Assembly (NCBI GenBank): GCA_030167865.1
Contig: JALAGF010003341.1
Coordinates: 1-36,765, forward strand
Direction: 5' to 3'
From: Craspedostauros australis
Lineage: Eukaryota
Length of the DNA: 36,765 nt
Shown here piece by piece: positions 33,074 to 36,765 of the stretch. Numbering within the stretch: the first letter of the stretch is position 1; each line of letters opens with the position of its first letter. The position numbers were made by a program, and so were the translations under genes. The notes below the pieces were generated by a model. The model ran no database searches, was not told the origin of the DNA, and saw only the letters and a program-made list of their open reading frames with translations.

Positions 33074-33904
33074 TGCTCATTCGACTCATCCCTGTCTTGA
33101 CTGGTTCCAGATGGTGATTGAATCGTTGAGTGGTTGAGTGGTTGAGTGATTGGGCGCACAAGTATGCGTATGCGTATGGTATGAAGACAGCAGATGATGG
33201 AGCGTGCAGCATCAAGTGAGCTTTAGATGGTGGTGACTGCGACCATTCGAATGGAGGTGGGGATGGAGATGTACGTACGAGTTGTGAGTCAATGTATTGG
33301 TGGTCAGTGTGGATCGGACAGCACCACCAACCGGCGTTGTTCTTCTGTTTTGGATCTTTGTCGGTGTTCGGATTCTTCGGTGTCGAGAACTAACATGAAA
33401 TGGTGGTTGTGCTTCTGATGATGTGATGATTCGATTCTGTCGTCGCCTTTCTCACTGCGACGCCAAAGATGGTGCGAGGAATGGTTGATGTGGCGACACC
33501 CACGCGACCAACATCAAGGCGGGTGGTTGTTGTGGTGGTGTATGCGATGAAGCCCAGCCCAGCCTTGTCATCTCGTCTCTGCTGTCACAACAGCTCGCCA
33601 CACATACCCTTTGAGGTTGTCCCAGAGAAATAAGACGATCATTGGTACAGGACGGTACACTCCTTGTCACAATCGAACAGTGATTCATCCAATCGACGCC
33701 ACCCACGCAACCAGCAGCATACAAAGGATCAAAAGCATCACGCGAACAACGATCAAAATGTCCAGCAGTCAATCGGAAGCGTGAGTTGTCTTGGTTTGGT
33801 TTGGATTGGTTTGGCCGCATCTCTCGGGAGAGGTGTACACAAATGCGACTACGCGTCTGAGCGTCCTTGTTGTACCATTCTGATAGTCCTTGTCACTCAC
33901 ACTG

Positions 33905-36130
33905 ATGCTGGTGCTGGTGCTTTCCTTCTCTGGTCCAATTCAACCTCGACCTCCCAACCATACATCTCTTTCGTCACAATGGAATCAATGTACCATACGC
34001 AGTGACAAGGCTGTCTGTGAGTGGATCAGACAGGTGGACGGTGCATGCATCAATCATAACTTGACAGAGCTTCAAGATCTGGTTGAATCGTATGCGGACG
34101 GAGCAGTCATCCCTTCCAATACGGTAGACGAGTACGGCGAAACTGTGTTTCATCGTGCATGTTCTCATGGAACCAGGGAGATGGTGAAGTATCTGGTGGA
34201 GTCTGATCGAATCGGTGTGGATGTCAATCTCCAAAACACGCAAGGACGCACGCCATTTCATCATGCTTGCTCGAATGGGCACAAGAGCATCGTTGAATAC
34301 TTGGTGGAATCGAATGAAATCGATGTGGATGCCAACATCAAATCCAACAGTGGTCTAACACCACTCTACCTCGCTTGTTCGAGTGGACGAAAAGCCATTG
34401 TTGAGTATCTGATGGAGTCCGATCGAATCGATGTGGATGTCAATATCAAAGACGACGACGGCCGGACAGTGCTTCATGGTGCCTGCAGACACAACAACGC
34501 TGAGACTGTGAAGTATTTATTGGAATCCGGCCGAGTGCCCATCACCATGGAAGACAAAGACGGTTCCACATTGATCCATCACGCATGCGGGAGCAGACGG
34601 CCCGATGTACTGGATTACTTGGTGCAATCGAGTCATGTCAACGTTGACGCTTACATCAACAAACAGGACAAGGAAGGTTGCACGCCTTTGCATGTCGCAT
34701 GTATGTTCGGTCACATCGATGTAGTCAGATACATGATGGAGTCGGATGGGATTGGTGTCGATGTCGACGTCAACGTCCGAGATAACAGTGGGAACACTCC
34801 ACTCCATCATGCTTGTTGCAGTGGAGAGCATGAACTCATCGCATATGTGTTGGGTTTAGATGAACTCGATGTTCGTCCTGAGGTGATTGGACCAAACTGC
34901 GATGGTGATTCGCTGCTTCATCTTGCTAGCCTATGGGTGGAAAGTGATTTGATTATGTGTCTGATGGAAACGGATCGTATCGACATCAACAGCATGCTTG
35001 GTATCAACGGCAACTGCAACATCCATGTCAGCGCTACCGCCAATGGGAGCATTCAAAACAACGAAGGGAATACACCGCTCCATCTCATTCTCAGACATTG
35101 GCCGGTCTTTGACGCGGTTGAGTATCTGATGAATCATGATCGCATCCTCACTCGCATCATGCTTCGCACCCAGAATGACGATGGGAATACGCCCCTCCAC
35201 ATCGCTTGCTTGGAAAGGGAGCGAAGCTTCATCAAGGAATTGCTACAGTCACGCAAGAGCGATGCAATCCTCAACATCAACGACGACGATAATGGCATCC
35301 ATATCGATATCGACGACATCTTCAACATCCAAAACAACCATGGAAATACGCCTCTCCACCTCGCTTGCTTGGAAGGGGATCGAAGCTTCATCAAGGAATT
35401 ACTACAGTCACGCAAGACCGATGCAAACCTCAACATCCAAAACAAACATGGTGACACACCCCTTCACATTGCATTCAACAGGGGCATGTTCTTCACCTTC
35501 AATCACACCGCCAGGCTTCATCACGTCTTCGATTTCATCCAACACCAATTCATTCCCACAACCAACCTCATCCATCTCTCCAACAAGCACAACCATGATG
35601 TTGGTGATGGTGATACCGTTGGTGATATGGAGATCATGCAACGGTTGAGGGAGAATGCCACAGCAATCGCGAACATTCAGAATCATGATGGCACCACTCT
35701 CCTCCATCTCGCATGCAAGAAGGGTGATGTTTCTGTCCTTCGGAATCTGATCGGATGTGACTCAGTGGATGCCACGTTGCGAAACAGCAGGGGTGATACA
35801 GCATTGCACTGTATTTGCAAAGGAGCAGATAGAAATGTATCTGAGGATGGATGTGAAAGTGAGAGCGAGAGCGATGATCACAAGATTCGAGCTGAGAAGA
35901 TGAAACTGTTGGTCGAATCGAACAAGGTGGATGTGGATGTGAACATGGTGAACGATGAGGGAGATACGGTGCTGCACTGTGCTGTGAAAGGCGAGTATTT
36001 GGAAGTGGTTGAGTATCTGATGACATTGGAGATGATCGATCCGCACATGCAGAACAAGAGTGGTGATACGCCGTTGCAATGTGCACAAGAGGAAGGTTGC
36101 GATGGGAGAATGTTGGCATTGTTTGAATAG
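33905..36130 (+). CDS. Ankyrin-repeat protein (roughly 15 repeats)
   Basis: Repeated G-x-T-P-[LF]-H-x-A-C...[IV]V-x-YL motifs separated by DVDVN linkers. The start codon is uncertain. Confidence 0.9.
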   Translation: MLVLVLSFSGPIQPRPPNHTSLSSQWNQCTIRSDKAVCEWIRQVDGACINHNLTELQDLVESYADGAVIPSNTVDEYGETVFHRACSHGTREMVKYLVESDRIGVDVNLQNTQGRTPFHHACSNGHKSIVEYLVESNEIDVDANIKSNSGLTPLYLACSSGRKAIVEYLMESDRIDVDVNIKDDDGRTVLHGACRHNNAETVKYLLESGRVPITMEDKDGSTLIHHACGSRRPDVLDYLVQSSHVNVDAYINKQDKEGCTPLHVACMFGHIDVVRYMMESDGIGVDVDVNVRDNSGNTPLHHACCSGEHELIAYVLGLDELDVRPEVIGPNCDGDSLLHLASLWVESDLIMCLMETDRIDINSMLGINGNCNIHVSATANGSIQNNEGNTPLHLILRHWPVFDAVEYLMNHDRILTRIMLRTQNDDGNTPLHIACLERERSFIKELLQSRKSDAILNINDDDNGIHIDIDDIFNIQNNHGNTPLHLACLEGDRSFIKELLQSRKTDANLNIQNKHGDTPLHIAFNRGMFFTFNHTARLHHVFDFIQHQFIPTTNLIHLSNKHNHDVGDGDTVGDMEIMQRLRENATAIANIQNHDGTTLLHLACKKGDVSVLRNLIGCDSVDATLRNSRGDTALHCICKGADRNVSEDGCESESESDDHKIRAEKMKLLVESNKVDVDVNMVNDEGDTVLHCAVKGEYLEVVEYLMTLEMIDPHMQNKSGDTPLQCAQEEGCDGRMLALFE

Positions 36131-36143
36131 AAGATGATTGGTC

Positions 36144-36765
36144 TGTTAGGAATTGAGGGTACGACTTTGTCGGAATACCCGTAATTGCCGCACCTCCCAA
36201 CATTGTTCGTCACAGCTTTGAATATTATTCGTCACATGTTCGGAGACTATTTGTCACACCTTTGTATACCATGTCATTATGACTATGACTAAGCATACAG
36301 ACGCAATTGATACCTGTATAACCGCAAGGAGGGTAGCCTGTCCTCTGGTAACGTAAAGAAGACACCCACGGCGGATCAGGAGGTCCTGATACCACGCCTA
36401 CCATGGTAACCATCCAGATGACGACGTCGATCAGAACAGCATGTCTATGGGCAAGTGACGCACCTTCTTCAGAGGACAGCACACGCCCCTCCTACGGACA
36501 AGAACATCCGCAGGTTTGGAACATCAGAAAGGATCAGAACATCCGCAGGTTTGGAACATCACCAAAGGAGACATCGGGTATGAGACAATGGCGTCATGAA
36601 GATCAACGAAGGAAACATGAGACAGGCAAGTGCTCAGGGCTGCAGATCCCTACCATGCAAACGTAGACAGCTACAGCAACGCAGAGGCAAAGAAGCAAGA
36701 ACAGAGCATGATGAATGAAGAGGGAAGCACCTAAGAGACAACAGGATGCCCCGTGTCGTTACCGC
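36144..36765 (+). mobile_element. Repeat element terminus (LTR-like, begins TGTTAGG, runs out of the window)
   Basis: The first 57 bp are 84% identical to the reverse complement of 866-922. The region contains an internal 26-bp direct repeat and no convincing gene. Confidence 0.6.
36501..36561 (+). repeat. 26-bp direct repeat x2 (agaacatccgcaggtttggaacatca)
   Basis: Exact copies at 36501-36526 and 36536-36561. Confidence 0.9.

Noticed and set aside
27556-33100. Long plus-strand ORFs (27556-28410, 28498-29214, 32003-33100)
   Set aside because: Antisense shadows of codon-biased real genes, with no recognisable motifs.
866-36200. The whole gene block as cargo of one giant TIR transposon
   Set aside because: The shared TG termini face inward and the elements read outward. 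They are only ~84% identical, and the genes look like ordinary host genes.
36501-36561. Direct repeats as a CRISPR array
   Set aside because: Only two copies with a 9-bp gap, in a eukaryotic context with no cas genes.

Overview
Eukaryotic nuclear DNA, most likely from a diatom or other stramenopile (inferred from compact genes, short GT-AG introns, bipartite-like targeting peptides and microsatellite-rich spacers). A block of about 12 protein-coding genes (~5.0-36.1 kb) is bracketed by repeat DNA. On the left is a decayed, probably retroelement-derived region. At both window ends are related TG-starting element termini in inverted orientation (922 on the minus strand, 36144 on the plus strand). 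The genes are: a membrane RING-H2 E3 ligase, an acidic low-complexity protein, a two-exon Sec14/CRAL-TRIO protein with FFAT-like motifs, a Trp-repeat protein, a type II membrane beta-propeller-like glyco-enzyme convergent with a sulfotransferase, a two-exon ammonium transporter, a 7-TM protein, an FKBP-TPR protein, two Pol I-derived paralogs and an ankyrin-repeat protein. Two observations stand out. (1) The tandem Pol I-derived genes are domain-permuted: a targeting peptide, an isolated Pol A thumb fragment, then an intact 5'-3' exonuclease domain, with no polymerase palm or fingers. Both end in an SSB-tail-like acidic DYDxVPF motif, and only the nuclease domain is homogenized between the copies (~97% nt identity). 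(2) The 7-TM protein has the architecture of insect gustatory-receptor-like ion channels (7TMIC) and lies head-to-head with the ammonium transporter. All family assignments come from motif recognition by eye; no searches were run.
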